A stretch of 32,000 bases of DNA, taken from an uncultured Alphaproteobacteria bacterium. GTDB taxonomy: Bacteria > Pseudomonadota > Alphaproteobacteria > Rhizobiales > Xanthobacteraceae. Shown piece by piece: positions 24,236 to 32,000 of this stretch. The notes under the pieces were generated by a model. The model was not told the origin of the DNA. It ran no database searches and saw only the letters and a list, made by a program, of their open reading frames with translations. The translations under genes and the position numbers were made by a program. Within the stretch, counting starts at the first letter, position 1. Every line of letters begins with the position of its first letter. The stretch is from the NCBI GenBank assembly GCA_963847045.1, contig CAWJYQ010000014.1, positions 371,573 through 403,572 of the forward strand, written 5' to 3'.

Positions 24236-24406
24236 ATGGCTTCGGATACCGAGATCAAGTGTGAATCATGCAATGGCACCGGGTTTCCGAAGGTTGCACA
24301 GCCTGCCGCCTCCGGAAAAAGGATTTACCCTGCACCATGCAAGAAATGCGGGGGCAAAGGCCGAATAAAGATTACTCCAAAGACATCGTCTCTGGACGAC
24401 AACTAA
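24236..24406 (+). CDS. DnaJ-type CxxCxGxG mini zinc-finger protein (56 aa)
   Basis: Not in the ORF track. A GAGGA SD lies 6 nt before the ATG. My translation is MASDTEIKCESCNGTGFPKVAQPAASGKRIYPAPCKKCGGKGRIKITPKTSSLDDN, with two CxxCxGxG repeats. Confidence 0.6.
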   Translation: MASDTEIKCESCNGTGFPKVAQPAASGKRIYPAPCKKCGGKGRIKITPKTSSLDDN

Positions 24407-24712
24407 GAATGTGCTGCTCCCAATGGGGGCGCAACATCCTAGAACGGCAAGGCCGGCCGCGGACGTCGCGATCGGTAGCGCAGTGCGGTCGCGCGGCTTC
24501 AGCGCCTGGTCGCTCCAGACGCACCTCATGCGAAGGCAGTGAGCAGCTCCTGCGCATCGCCAAACCTTCGTCATAGGTTGCTTGGTCCGTCGATGCCTGC
24601 CCTATCTTCGTTGAATGCGTGAGCGAGGAGCCTAGCCAGAAATTACGCAAGGCCCTATCATCAAGGCTACCGCCCGGAAAGACAATCGGCGGACGACCAG
24701 GAGGAGTCAATC

Positions 24713-25327
24713 ATGCCAAAGACGTTAATGCGTTCGTTGCAATTCGCTCTTGCACTCGTCGCCTCGGGTTTCACCGTGAGTCAGGCGCTGCCGCAGGCTA
24801 AAGCTCAGGAAGCCGGCTGGATCACGCTCTTCGACGGCAAAGACCTCGAACAATGGGATCAGGTCGGGAAATCCAACTGGCATCTGGCGGACGGCACGGT
24901 GATTGCCGACAAGATGGAAGACAAAGAGGCCGGTTATCTGGTCAGCAAGAAGCCGTACAAGGACTTCGCGCTGCGCGTCGAATTCTGGCCGAGCGATGAT
25001 GCAAACAGCGGCATTTATTTCCGTTGCCTCGATGCCAAGAAGATCACCGACCGTACCTGCTACGAAGCAAATATCTTTGATCAGCGCCCCGACCCGAGTT
25101 ACGGCACTGGCTCGATCACACGTTACGTCGAGATCAATCCGATGCCGAAAGCCGGCGGCAAATGGAATACGTTCGAGATCACGGCGAAGGGGCGCGCCAT
25201 CACGGTCATGCTCAACGGACAGAAAACGGCCGAACTGCAGAACGGGATGTTCGATGAAGGCTCGATCGCCCTGCAACACGGCGCGGGAACGATCAAATTC
25301 CGTAAGGTGCAGATCAAGCCTTTGTAA
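24713..25327 (+). CDS. DUF1080 (3-keto-disaccharide hydrolase-like) secreted protein, 204 aa
   Basis: AGGAGG SD and a signal peptide are present. GWITLFDGKDLEQWDQVGKSNW...DFALRVEFW...NSGIYFR...GSIALQHGAGTIKFRKVQIKPL is the typical DUF1080 layout. Confidence 0.8.
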   Translation: MPKTLMRSLQFALALVASGFTVSQALPQAKAQEAGWITLFDGKDLEQWDQVGKSNWHLADGTVIADKMEDKEAGYLVSKKPYKDFALRVEFWPSDDANSGIYFRCLDAKKITDRTCYEANIFDQRPDPSYGTGSITRYVEINPMPKAGGKWNTFEITAKGRAITVMLNGQKTAELQNGMFDEGSIALQHGAGTIKFRKVQIKPL

Positions 25328-25500
25328 GGCGGGTTCAGCGTTCAATGTATTGCGACATTTAAAGGCTACTCCCGATCTACCCCGACAAGCCGACAATGCG
25401 GAGCCCGGTCCAGACTTCGCATTTGGGTCAAACGCGACGGTTTTGACAGGGGGCCGATCACTCCGGTCTACCCCTGTCAGCAGACATTCTCGGATGCCGA

Positions 25501-25562
25501 CGGCATGTCTCAAAGGTGCCACGAACGGACATGGCCCCTTATTCGATCAGCTCGTCGGCGCG
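25501..25562. repeat. Repeat copy A: conserved 3' end of the ABC substrate-binding gene plus a downstream element (contains CGGCATGTCTCAAAGGTGCCAC)
   Basis: A 22-nt block (25501-25522) is identical to 26687-26708. A second 22-nt block (25541-25562) matches 26734-26755 at 20 of 22 positions. Confidence 0.7.
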
Positions 25563-26525
25563 CTGTTGGAGTTGCAACGGCACGTCAAGACGTAGCGCCT
25601 GCGCAGCCTTGAGGTTAATCACCAGCTGGTACTTGGTCGGCGCCTGCACGGGCAAGTCGGTTGGTTTCTCACCCTTCAAAACACGATCGACATAGGTAGC
25701 AACACCTTGCTGTTGTTCAATCGTATCGAACCCGTAGGACATCAGACCTCCGTTGACGACAAACGCGCGGAACGGATAGATCGCCGGCAAACGCAACCGC
25801 CCGGCCAAGTTGGCGAGCAATTCGGGACTCTTTGTGTTGAGCGGGTTAGGCGCAATGATAAGGCCGCCATTAGGTTCTTGAGCGAATGCCGTGAGGGTGT
25901 CCTCCATGATGGCGGCCTCATGCAGATCGATTGCTATAATTTTGATGTCCAACGAGCCCGAAGCAGCCTCGGCCGCGTGCAGGAACGCAACGTTGGCGGC
26001 GATGTTCTGGTTGTAGACGACAGCCACACGCCGCACCCCGGGGGCGATTTCCTTCAACAGCTGCAACCATTTCCCGCCGATCGCAACCTCAAAATTCTGA
26101 AAGCCGGTGATATTCCCGCCTGGGCGCGCTAGACTGTCCACCACGCGTTCCCCGACAGGATCTGACACCTGCGCGAAGATGACTGGGATTGTCCGTGTCG
26201 CCTGCTTCAACGCCGCCGCAGCCGGATTAGACCAGACAAGAATCAAATCCGGCGCACTCGCGGCAAGTTGGACGGCGCCGGAGTTGATGCGTCCTTTATC
26301 TTGTCCTGTAAAATGTAAGTCGAACTGGATGTTGCGACCTTCGACCCAACCAAGGTCACGAAGGCGTTGCGTGAACACCGGCCAGAGTTGCCGCACTTGA
26401 GGATCGCTTTCGTTATCGAAGGGAAGCAATACTCCTATCCGCCGCACACCTTTTTGCGCCCGCGCCTCCAGCGGACACCCTGACACCGCAGCGCCGAGAA
26501 GGGTAATGAACTCCCGCCGTTTCAT
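25539..26525 (-). CDS. ABC transporter substrate-binding protein (ABC_sub_bind/PF04392-like), 328 aa
   Basis: MKRREFITLLGAAVSGCPLEARAQKGVRRIGVLL... and the end ...PTKYQLVINLKAAQALRLDVPLQLQQRADELIE are hallmarks of this expanded Bradyrhizobiaceae family (from memory). Confidence 0.8.
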   Translation of the reverse strand: MKRREFITLLGAAVSGCPLEARAQKGVRRIGVLLPFDNESDPQVRQLWPVFTQRLRDLGWVEGRNIQFDLHFTGQDKGRINSGAVQLAASAPDLILVWSNPAAAALKQATRTIPVIFAQVSDPVGERVVDSLARPGGNITGFQNFEVAIGGKWLQLLKEIAPGVRRVAVVYNQNIAANVAFLHAAEAASGSLDIKIIAIDLHEAAIMEDTLTAFAQEPNGGLIIAPNPLNTKSPELLANLAGRLRLPAIYPFRAFVVNGGLMSYGFDTIEQQQGVATYVDRVLKGEKPTDLPVQAPTKYQLVINLKAAQALRLDVPLQLQQRADELIE

Positions 26526-26686
26526 GGAGCCACCTGAGATCGGGTCAAGGCGTCGCACCGCTCAAACTAGCACCTGGAACGGGCTTGCGTTAGGGCATCG
26601 ATGTCGGAAATGGGTCAAAAGCGCCGTTTGACGCTGCGCCGCTCACTGCCGGTCCGCCCCCAACTCCGGACATCCTCAGCACCCGT

Positions 26687-26775
26687 CGGCATGTCTCAAA
26701 GGTGCCACATCCGAACTCATGCAACGCAGCATCATTCGATCACCTCGTCGGCGCTGACGAGTAGTGATTGCGGGG
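26687..26775 (-). pseudogene. Repeat copy B: orphan 3'-terminal fragment of a paralogous ABC substrate-binding gene (...APQSLLVSADEVIE*) with the same downstream element
   Basis: The minus-strand reading ends GCC GAC GAG GTG ATC GAA TGA (stop at 26732-26734). No upstream gene body is present. Confidence 0.55.
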
Positions 26776-26788
26776 CGCGCCTCTTTGA

Positions 26789-27049
26789 TCAGCTTTTCCG
26801 TCGCCACAACCAGGCAAACCGCGACCGATCTCCCCGGCTTGCGTCTTTGCTTGGCTCGTTCTCGAACCCGTGCTTCAAATCTGAAACGATGGATGGCGAC
26901 TCGCCCTCCAACTCACGGAGGCGCTCGACCTGCTTTCTGATGCTGGCCGGTAGTTCAGGTTCTGCTCTCAGATACTGCTGCACGCCTTCGCCGATTTCTC
27001 GACAGATTGCGCGGCTGTGCGTGTGGTCGATATCAATGGCGTTGCGCAT
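26789..27049 (-). CDS. Small hypothetical protein (86 aa)
   Basis: The ATG at 27049 follows GGGAG. MRNAIDIDHTHSRAICREIGEGVQQYLRAEPELPASIRKQVERLRELEG... has a helical, protein-like composition. Confidence 0.55.
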   Translation of the reverse strand: MRNAIDIDHTHSRAICREIGEGVQQYLRAEPELPASIRKQVERLRELEGESPSIVSDLKHGFENEPSKDASRGDRSRFAWLWRRKS

Positions 27050-27449
27050 GGCGGAACTCCCGTTCCGGTGAACCCCGCCCAAAGCAGCTTCGAAGGGCTT
27101 CCAAGCCCCGTACCGCTACTTCGACCTGTCCCTGTGGAAGTTCGAGACCGCCGCCTTTGGCTATCGGCGCGAGCGCTTGTATGGAACAGCGGGTCCTACG
27201 AAATCGACCTTTGGCTATCCCGCGACCTGCGCCGTCGTTGAGACGGCGAGCGACGGTCTCACGAACACAATGCCGCTCCCCGGATAAACGTTCAAAAAAA
27301 ACTTTGGGAACACGATTCCGGACCATGGAACCAAACGGACTGTTGTGTCTTGTACACGCGCTGGAACAACAGAGGCGACTCGCCGGACCAATCAAGGTCG
27401 GTGAAACGCGTGTTAGTGGCATGCATCAACCAAGTTCGCGAGGGTTACC

Positions 27450-27674
27450 ATGATTGAAGGTGGCTTCGATGCTCGAACGCTTGCCTACATGAATGTTGCG
27501 CTGGACCGGGTTTGCGAACACACCCCGCTCGGAGAACAACACGAGGTTCGCGAGCGCGTCGCGCAGGGCATTATTCGATGCGCAAAAAGCGGTAGGACCA
27601 CGCTAGGAGCTCTCATAGAGGCTGGGGAACGCGCCTTGGCACGTATCCCGGAGAAACAAAAACAATTCGCGTGA
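27450..27674 (+). CDS. Small hypothetical protein (74 aa)
   Basis: GAGGG SD. MIEGGFDARTLAYMNVALDRVCEHTPLGEQHEVRERVAQGIIRCAKSGRTTLGALIEAGERAL. Confidence 0.5.
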   Translation: MIEGGFDARTLAYMNVALDRVCEHTPLGEQHEVRERVAQGIIRCAKSGRTTLGALIEAGERALARIPEKQKQFA

Positions 27675-27690
27675 GTAGGCCGTGCGGGCT

Positions 27691-27927
27691 TTAGACCGAC
27701 GGCGGTTCGCCGACGCCAAGCTGCTCGACGGCGAGCTTGGAAATCTCTGCCGGATCGCGAACGCCCGTCGCGCCGATCTCGATTATTTTCTTCGCGACGA
27801 TTTCGGCGATAGGGTCGTTGCGATCAACCAAGCAAAGCGAATGCAGGGCCTGTCCGTAGGCCGAGTTCAGACGCTCGATTTCTTCCAGTCCTAGTTTGCT
27901 GTCCTTGAGCAATCGACTGATTGGCAT
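27691..27927 (-). CDS. Small hypothetical protein (78 aa)
   Basis: MPISRLLKDSKLGLEEIERLNSAYGQALHSLCLVDRNDPIAEIVAKKIIEIGATGVRDPAEISKLAVEQL. It is convergent with the previous gene and has a similar helical character. Confidence 0.5.
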   Translation of the reverse strand: MPISRLLKDSKLGLEEIERLNSAYGQALHSLCLVDRNDPIAEIVAKKIIEIGATGVRDPAEISKLAVEQLGVGEPPSV

Positions 27928-28371
27928 TGATTCACCGCCCTATCCCCCGGTGACAACCCAACTTTACCACTAACGTAAACGCGGTTCCAGAACAGCGATT
28001 GAGCAAGGAGAAACTCAGCCGACGGTCTCGCAGCGCAAGCGCCATTTTTGGCGGTGCAGCATGCACTCGTGCCATCATCACCAAAGTCGCCGGCGGACTC
28101 TGCTCAACTTTATGGGAGGCCTGTTGGCATAGCAGCAACCTCTTGCCGCGCGACGACCGCTGTGGGTCAGTCGCGTCGGTTTGACGCCCAGGCTGCTACT
28201 TCCGGTCTTAGCCCATTGAACGAACCCGCTTCGCAGGAGCGCGCTGCGCGCGGAGGCGGTGGCGCCGATCGAGTGACGGGGTGAGGTAAGCGGGCGGCGG
28301 TGACAAGCCGGGCGTCCTGTCTTGAGAATTGAGGGGTTCAACAAACTCCACCTCAAGACAGGAGCACCCCG

Positions 28372-29247
28372 ATGAGTGATAAGCCCATCAGCCCGCTGCG
28401 CCAGCGCATGATCGAAGACATGACGGTGCGCAACTTCGTCGAGAAGACGCGCAACGATTATATACGGCACGTCAGGACGTTCACAGCCTTTCTTGGCCGC
28501 GCGCCGGATACGGCCACGCCTGAAGATCTTCGCCTTTTCCAGCTGCATCAGACGCAGATCGGGGTGCGTGCGCCGAGCATCAATGGCTCGGTTGCAGCGC
28601 TGCGCTTCTTTTTCAACGTGACGCTCGACCGCCCAGAGATGGCGCGGCACCTCACCTTCGTGCGGGAACCGCGCAGGATCCCGGTGATCTTGAGCCTGGA
28701 GGAGATCGCACGGCTGCTGGAAGCGGCGCCCGGGCCGAAGTACAAGGCCGCGCTGAGCGCCGCCTATGGCGCCGGACTGCGGGTCTCCGAAGTGGTGGCG
28801 CTGAAGGTGTCGGACATCGATTCCGAGCGCATGCTGCTGCGCATCGAGCAGGGCAAGGGGCGCAAGGATCGCTTTGCAATGCTTTCCCCGTTGCTCTTGG
28901 GGTTGCTGCGCGATTGGTATCGCATCGCCCGGCCCGCGGTCTGGCTGTTCCCAGGCCGTGATCCGCTGCTGCCGCTGACGACGCGGCAATTCAATCGCGT
29001 CGTTCATGCCGCTGCCGATAGGGCGGCGATCAAAAAGCGAGTGTCGCCTCACACATTGCGCCACAGCTTTGCCACTCACCTGCTCGAAGAGAAAACCGAT
29101 GTGCGTTTGATCCAGGTTTTGCTCGGACATGCCAGGGTCGATACGACCGCGCTCTACGCGCAGGTAGCCACCAACGTGATCCGCGCGGTCATGAGCCCGT
29201 TGGATCGGCTCACGCCGCTGACACCGGAGAACAAGCCGCCGGCATAA
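28372..29247 (+). CDS. Tyrosine recombinase (XerC/D-like) associated with the IS91-family element, 291 aa
   Basis: GLRVSEVVAL, HTLRHSFATHLLEEKTDVRLIQVLLGHARVDTTALY, and an N-terminal SAM-like domain (RNDYIRHVRTFTAFLGRAPDTATPEDLRLFQ). Confidence 0.85.
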   Translation: MSDKPISPLRQRMIEDMTVRNFVEKTRNDYIRHVRTFTAFLGRAPDTATPEDLRLFQLHQTQIGVRAPSINGSVAALRFFFNVTLDRPEMARHLTFVREPRRIPVILSLEEIARLLEAAPGPKYKAALSAAYGAGLRVSEVVALKVSDIDSERMLLRIEQGKGRKDRFAMLSPLLLGLLRDWYRIARPAVWLFPGRDPLLPLTTRQFNRVVHAAADRAAIKKRVSPHTLRHSFATHLLEEKTDVRLIQVLLGHARVDTTALYAQVATNVIRAVMSPLDRLTPLTPENKPPA

Positions 29248-29259
29248 GCCACGGCGATC

Positions 29260-30480
29260 ATGGCTCGCCCCGCCCTGGAGATCGCGGATATCTTCCGCGA
29301 CCACGGGCCCGCTTGGCGTAAAGCCAATGCAGGTCACGTCAGCCTCGGCCAGTTGAAGGTGATGTCGGCGATCGAGAGCTGCCGCACCGTGGCTCTCGGC
29401 GGCCATGTCATGCGCTGCGAGGACTGCTCGTACACGCAGATCGCCTATAACAGCTGCCGTAATAGGCATTGCCCCAAGTGCCAGGGCTCGCAGGCGCTGG
29501 CATGGATGAAGCAGCGCAAGTCAGAACTGCTGGACGTCCCTTACTTCCACGTCGTGTTCACGCTGCCGGGGCGGATTGCCGCCATCGCCTACCAGAATAA
29601 GGCCGTCGTCTACGATCTCTTGTTCAAGGCTTCCTCGCAGACAATGCGCACGATTGCGGCCGATCCCAAGCACCTCGGCGTCAAGATCGGCTTCACCTCG
29701 GTACTCCACACCTGGGGCTCCGCGATGACCCATCATCCACACGTCCACATGATCGTGCCGGGGGGTGGGATATCGCTCGACGGCACGCGCTGGATCGGCT
29801 GCCGTCCAAACTATCTCCTGCCGGTGAAGGTGCTGTCGCGGCTGTTCCGCCGCCTGATGCTGGAGATGCTGCTCGCCGCGCACGAGGCCGGCCGCCTGCA
29901 GTTCTTCGGCGACCACGCCCACCTCGTCGGCAACGCCGCGTTCAAGGCCTATCTCGCGCCGATGCATCGCACCAAGTGGTTCGTCTATAGCAAGCGGCCG
30001 TTCGCCGGGCCGGAGCAGGTGCTGGCCTATCTGTCCCGCTATACCCACCGCGTCGCGATCTCCAACAGCCGCCTCATCGCCGCCGACGCGACCGGCGTAA
30101 CGTTCAGCTACAAAGACTACCGGATCGAGGGACCCGGCCGCTACAAGACCATGACGCTCAAGCCGGACGAGTTCATCAGGCGGTTCCTGATCCACGTCCT
30201 GCCATGCGGATTCCACCGCATCAGGCACTGCGGTCTGCTAGCCAGCGGCACCAAGACCCAGACCATCGCGCGGGCGCGTCAGCTGATTGCTGCGGTGGCA
30301 CCTGTGCAAACCGTGCACCAGCAGCAGCTTCCCGATGGTGCCGCGGCAACCGACCAGGCGACCCACCCGTGCCCGTGTTGCGGCGGGCGCATGAACATCA
30401 TCGAGACCTTCAAGCGCGGCTCGACACCGCATCACCGCCCGACCGGTCCAACCATCGCCGTCAGGATCGATACGTCTTGA
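29260..30480 (+). CDS. IS91-family (HUH, Y2) transposase, 406 aa
   Basis: N-terminal zinc motif CEDC...CRNRHCPKC; HUH region HTWGSAMTHHPHVHMIVPGGG; tyrosine motif YLSRYTHRVAISNSRL. Confidence 0.9.
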   Translation: MARPALEIADIFRDHGPAWRKANAGHVSLGQLKVMSAIESCRTVALGGHVMRCEDCSYTQIAYNSCRNRHCPKCQGSQALAWMKQRKSELLDVPYFHVVFTLPGRIAAIAYQNKAVVYDLLFKASSQTMRTIAADPKHLGVKIGFTSVLHTWGSAMTHHPHVHMIVPGGGISLDGTRWIGCRPNYLLPVKVLSRLFRRLMLEMLLAAHEAGRLQFFGDHAHLVGNAAFKAYLAPMHRTKWFVYSKRPFAGPEQVLAYLSRYTHRVAISNSRLIAADATGVTFSYKDYRIEGPGRYKTMTLKPDEFIRRFLIHVLPCGFHRIRHCGLLASGTKTQTIARARQLIAAVAPVQTVHQQQLPDGAAATDQATHPCPCCGGRMNIIETFKRGSTPHHRPTGPTIAVRIDTS

Positions 30481-31044
30481 TCACACTGAAACGACGCACT
30501 CACAACCTTGCCCAGCGTCGGTTGCTGACCGGCGCCGACCACGCTCGCGCAAATGCGCCGTCCCGACAGCTACGCATCCCTGCAACCGACACACTCAACA
30601 ATAGTCTCAATCATAAACCCGAGCTATCGCTGCCTGCCAGCCGCCTCGAAGCACACGGCACTCCCGCGCTCGCACCTTCCGCATCAGCCAAATCCCCATA
30701 GCGGAGTGCGCGGCATTCTCCGCGCCCCATCCCCCGCGGGTTCTTTCCTTGGCGGCTTTCGGACGCCGGCCACTGCTGTATGTCGCGCCGCTGTCGCTGG
30801 CCGGCATCCGAAACCCTCAACATCAACGGACATCGCGAGACCAGACCGACTGGTCCGTTCAGTGCCAGAAGCGTTCTTTCGAATGTCCCTTCCTCGTCAC
30901 GTTCCATCGCCGCCGAACCTGTAATTCAGCGGCAGGTGGCTGCGGGGCTCACTCGGGCATCCCCGCTCTCCTGAGGATATCCGCATGCAATTCGTCACGC
31001 ACGCAGCCGCGCTCGAATCGGGATGGTCACCAATTCAGTTTTTA

Positions 31045-31329
31045 TTATGCGTTAACGTGGATGTGATTAGCGAAAAAAGGTACATCAAAGCTGTTGTTGT
31101 TTGTTAGTGTGAATATCAGCATCGGTTGACGACGTCCGTTAGGGGCGATGGTGGTAATTTGCCTCCGTGCTTCTATCAAAGGAATCATGTCAAGACCCCG
31201 TGCGTTTGGCTCTATCGACACGTTAAAATAAGCAGCCGGCAGATAGTCGTCTCCCCACCAGAAAGTAAAGTCTTGGGTCGTCAGAGCAGGAATTGTATAA
31301 CCACCCATTTTGACCTTGACATCAGCCAT
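31045..31329 (-). CDS. Orphan small protein (94 aa) in a sharply AT-rich patch
   Basis: Strong GAGGAGA SD (GTTAGAGGAGAATTGTCATG). Sequence: MADVKVKMGGYTIPALTTQDFTFWWGDDYLPAAYFNVSIEPNARGLDMIPLIEARRQITTIAPNGRRQPMLIFTLTNNNSFDVPFFANHIHVNA. I recognise no family. Confidence 0.6.
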   Translation of the reverse strand: MADVKVKMGGYTIPALTTQDFTFWWGDDYLPAAYFNVSIEPNARGLDMIPLIEARRQITTIAPNGRRQPMLIFTLTNNNSFDVPFFANHIHVNA

Positions 31330-31563
31330 GACAATTCTCCTCTAACTAGGATTGGCTACATGGACACGTGAACGATACTGCAACCGGTAACCATCTAAAA
31401 AATTAATACCAAAATGTCGTCTTGCGTAGTGTGATCCATGTCACCCCCCAAAGATTCCTTTTGCCAGCAAATGCCTCATGGACTCGCGCTGACCTGATTG
31501 CGGGGAAACGCCGACTCAGCCTTTTGCCATCAATGTGCTGATCGCTTCTGGCTGGCGCTGGTC

Positions 31564-31700
31564 GGCGCCCTTGTCCGCGTTGCCGACCCCATTGACGCCG
31601 CCGATCAGATTCGAACCGGTGATCAACTTGAAGGCCGCTAAGGCGCTGAGGCTCGCACCCGTTGCAGATCGGATGTTGCGATGTGCATCGCGGCAAATTT
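31564..31700 (+). pseudogene. Third decayed 3'-terminal fragment of an ABC substrate-binding paralogue
   Basis: The plus-frame GAPLSALPTPLTPPIRFEPVINLKAAKALRL parallels ...PTKYQLVINLKAAQALRL of the intact gene at 25539-26525. The reading then degenerates, and there is no gene body upstream. Confidence 0.4.
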
Positions 31701-31854
31701 ATCCATCATGTGACGCTATGGGTCAGACTCAGAAGAACTCGGTTTGAGCAGATGACTTTCGTAAAGGTGCCAAGGGACAATTTGCCGCCAAAACGAGTAT
31801 GGCACCACCTTCCAACCCTTCGTACAGTGCCCTGCCGGTTGGATTTTCAGTACC

Positions 31855-32000
31855 ATGGTGCAAGAGCGGCCAGTCCGGGTCCAGCGCAGGTTGTCGGCGA
31901 TTATGGCCGCGGACGTGGTCGGCTATTCGCGCCTTATGCACCACGACGAAGAGGCTACACATGCCAAACTGACGGCGCTCCTAGTGGAGACTGTCCACCC
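31855..32000 (+). CDS. Class III adenylate/guanylate cyclase domain protein, N-terminal 48 codons (continues beyond the window)
   Basis: My translation from ATG 31855 is MVQERPVRVQRRLSAIMAADVVGYSRLMHHDEEATHAKLTALLVETVH. RRLxAIxxADVVGYSRLM is the characteristic start of these cyclase domains. Confidence 0.6.
   Translation, partial: MVQERPVRVQRRLSAIMAADVVGYSRLMHHDEEATHAKLTALLVETVH

Larger units (their letters stand above)
15320..24700. mobile_element. Integrase-associated genomic island (degraded); right boundary not determined and may lie beyond 24.7 kb or beyond the window
   Basis: A P4-type integrase sits at the left edge. Blocks of visibly lower G+C (16.7-17.8, 20.5-21.0, 22.0-22.8 and 23.8-24.4 kb) contrast with the flanks. 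AlpA, methylase fragments, a second recombinase, an XRE regulator and TA-like pairs are present. I found no flanking direct repeat. Confidence 0.55.
28316..30480 (+). mobile_element. IS91-family element carrying an accessory tyrosine recombinase; the span covers the leader hairpin and both genes only, true ends not determined (right end probably between 30.5 and 31.04 kb)
   Basis: It contains a recombinase gene plus a HUH/Y2 rolling-circle transposase gene. An 11-bp perfect inverted repeat (28316-28326 / 28352-28362) precedes the first gene. G+C drops abruptly near 31.03 kb. Confidence 0.7.

Noticed and set aside
24470-24530. tRNA D-arm-like string TAGCGCAGTGCGGTCGCGC near the putative right end of the island
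   Set aside because: The following sequence gives no complementary anticodon stem, T-loop or acceptor pairing, so the resemblance is probably chance in GC-rich DNA.
24725-25522. 265-aa minus-strand ORF
   Set aside because: Antisense to the DUF1080 gene, which has an SD, a signal peptide and family motifs.
28078-29469. 463-aa minus-strand ORF
   Set aside because: Antisense to the IS-associated recombinase and the start of the IS91 transposase. Arg/His-rich shadow ORF.
1-32000. CRISPR arrays, rRNA genes, retron/DGR-like reverse transcriptase loci, long tandem repeats
   Set aside because: I noticed no regularly spaced direct repeats, rRNA-like stretches or RT motifs while reading either strand. 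This is a by-eye negative, not an exhaustive computation.

Overview
High-G+C chromosome segment, probably from a Bradyrhizobiaceae-like alphaproteobacterium (an inference from gene content, not a search). No database search was run: all calls come from reading the translations and DNA by eye, and G+C statements are visual unless stated. The window falls into four parts.
(1) 1-9.9 kb is a microoxic FixLJ-FixK locus. It holds fixL, fixJ and a fixK2-like gene, a tandem-USP gene, a CBS/BON gene, a cNMP-gated K+ channel, several very small ORFs, and an edge-truncated ADP-forming acetyl-CoA synthetase-like gene. Eight TTGA-N6-TCAA-type FixK/FNR boxes sit in its intergenic regions.
(2) 9.9-15.3 kb looks like ordinary chromosome: a secreted DUF5107-like protein, a DUF3551 protein, a di-haem cytochrome c peroxidase and a fetAB-like ABC exporter.
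(3) About 15.3-24.7 kb is a compositionally mosaic, visibly lower-G+C genomic island. It opens with a P4-type integrase broken by one in-frame TAA. It also carries an orphan 315-aa gene, an alpA-led operon with a degenerate MT-A70-like protein and a truncated C5-cytosine methyltransferase, and a short tyrosine recombinase. Two further modules are a translationally coupled GIY-YIG-like/minimal-nucleotidyltransferase pair and an XRE / 4-TM membrane protein / CxxCxGxG mini-zinc-finger cassette.
(4) 24.7-32 kb contains a DUF1080 gene, an ABC substrate-binding gene plus decayed paralogue 3' ends, small hypothetical genes, an IS91-family element with an accessory tyrosine recombinase, an AT-rich orphan gene, and the start of a class III nucleotidyl cyclase gene.
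I saw no rRNA, no intact tRNA and no CRISPR array. The best candidates for an undescribed system are the GIY-YIG/MNT pair (21962-22773) and the XRE-membrane-zinc-finger cassette (23460-24406), followed by the orphan 315-aa gene. The supplied ORF track misses the edge-truncated CDS at 1-1422 and three ORFs shorter than 60 aa that have strong Shine-Dalgarno (SD) sites.
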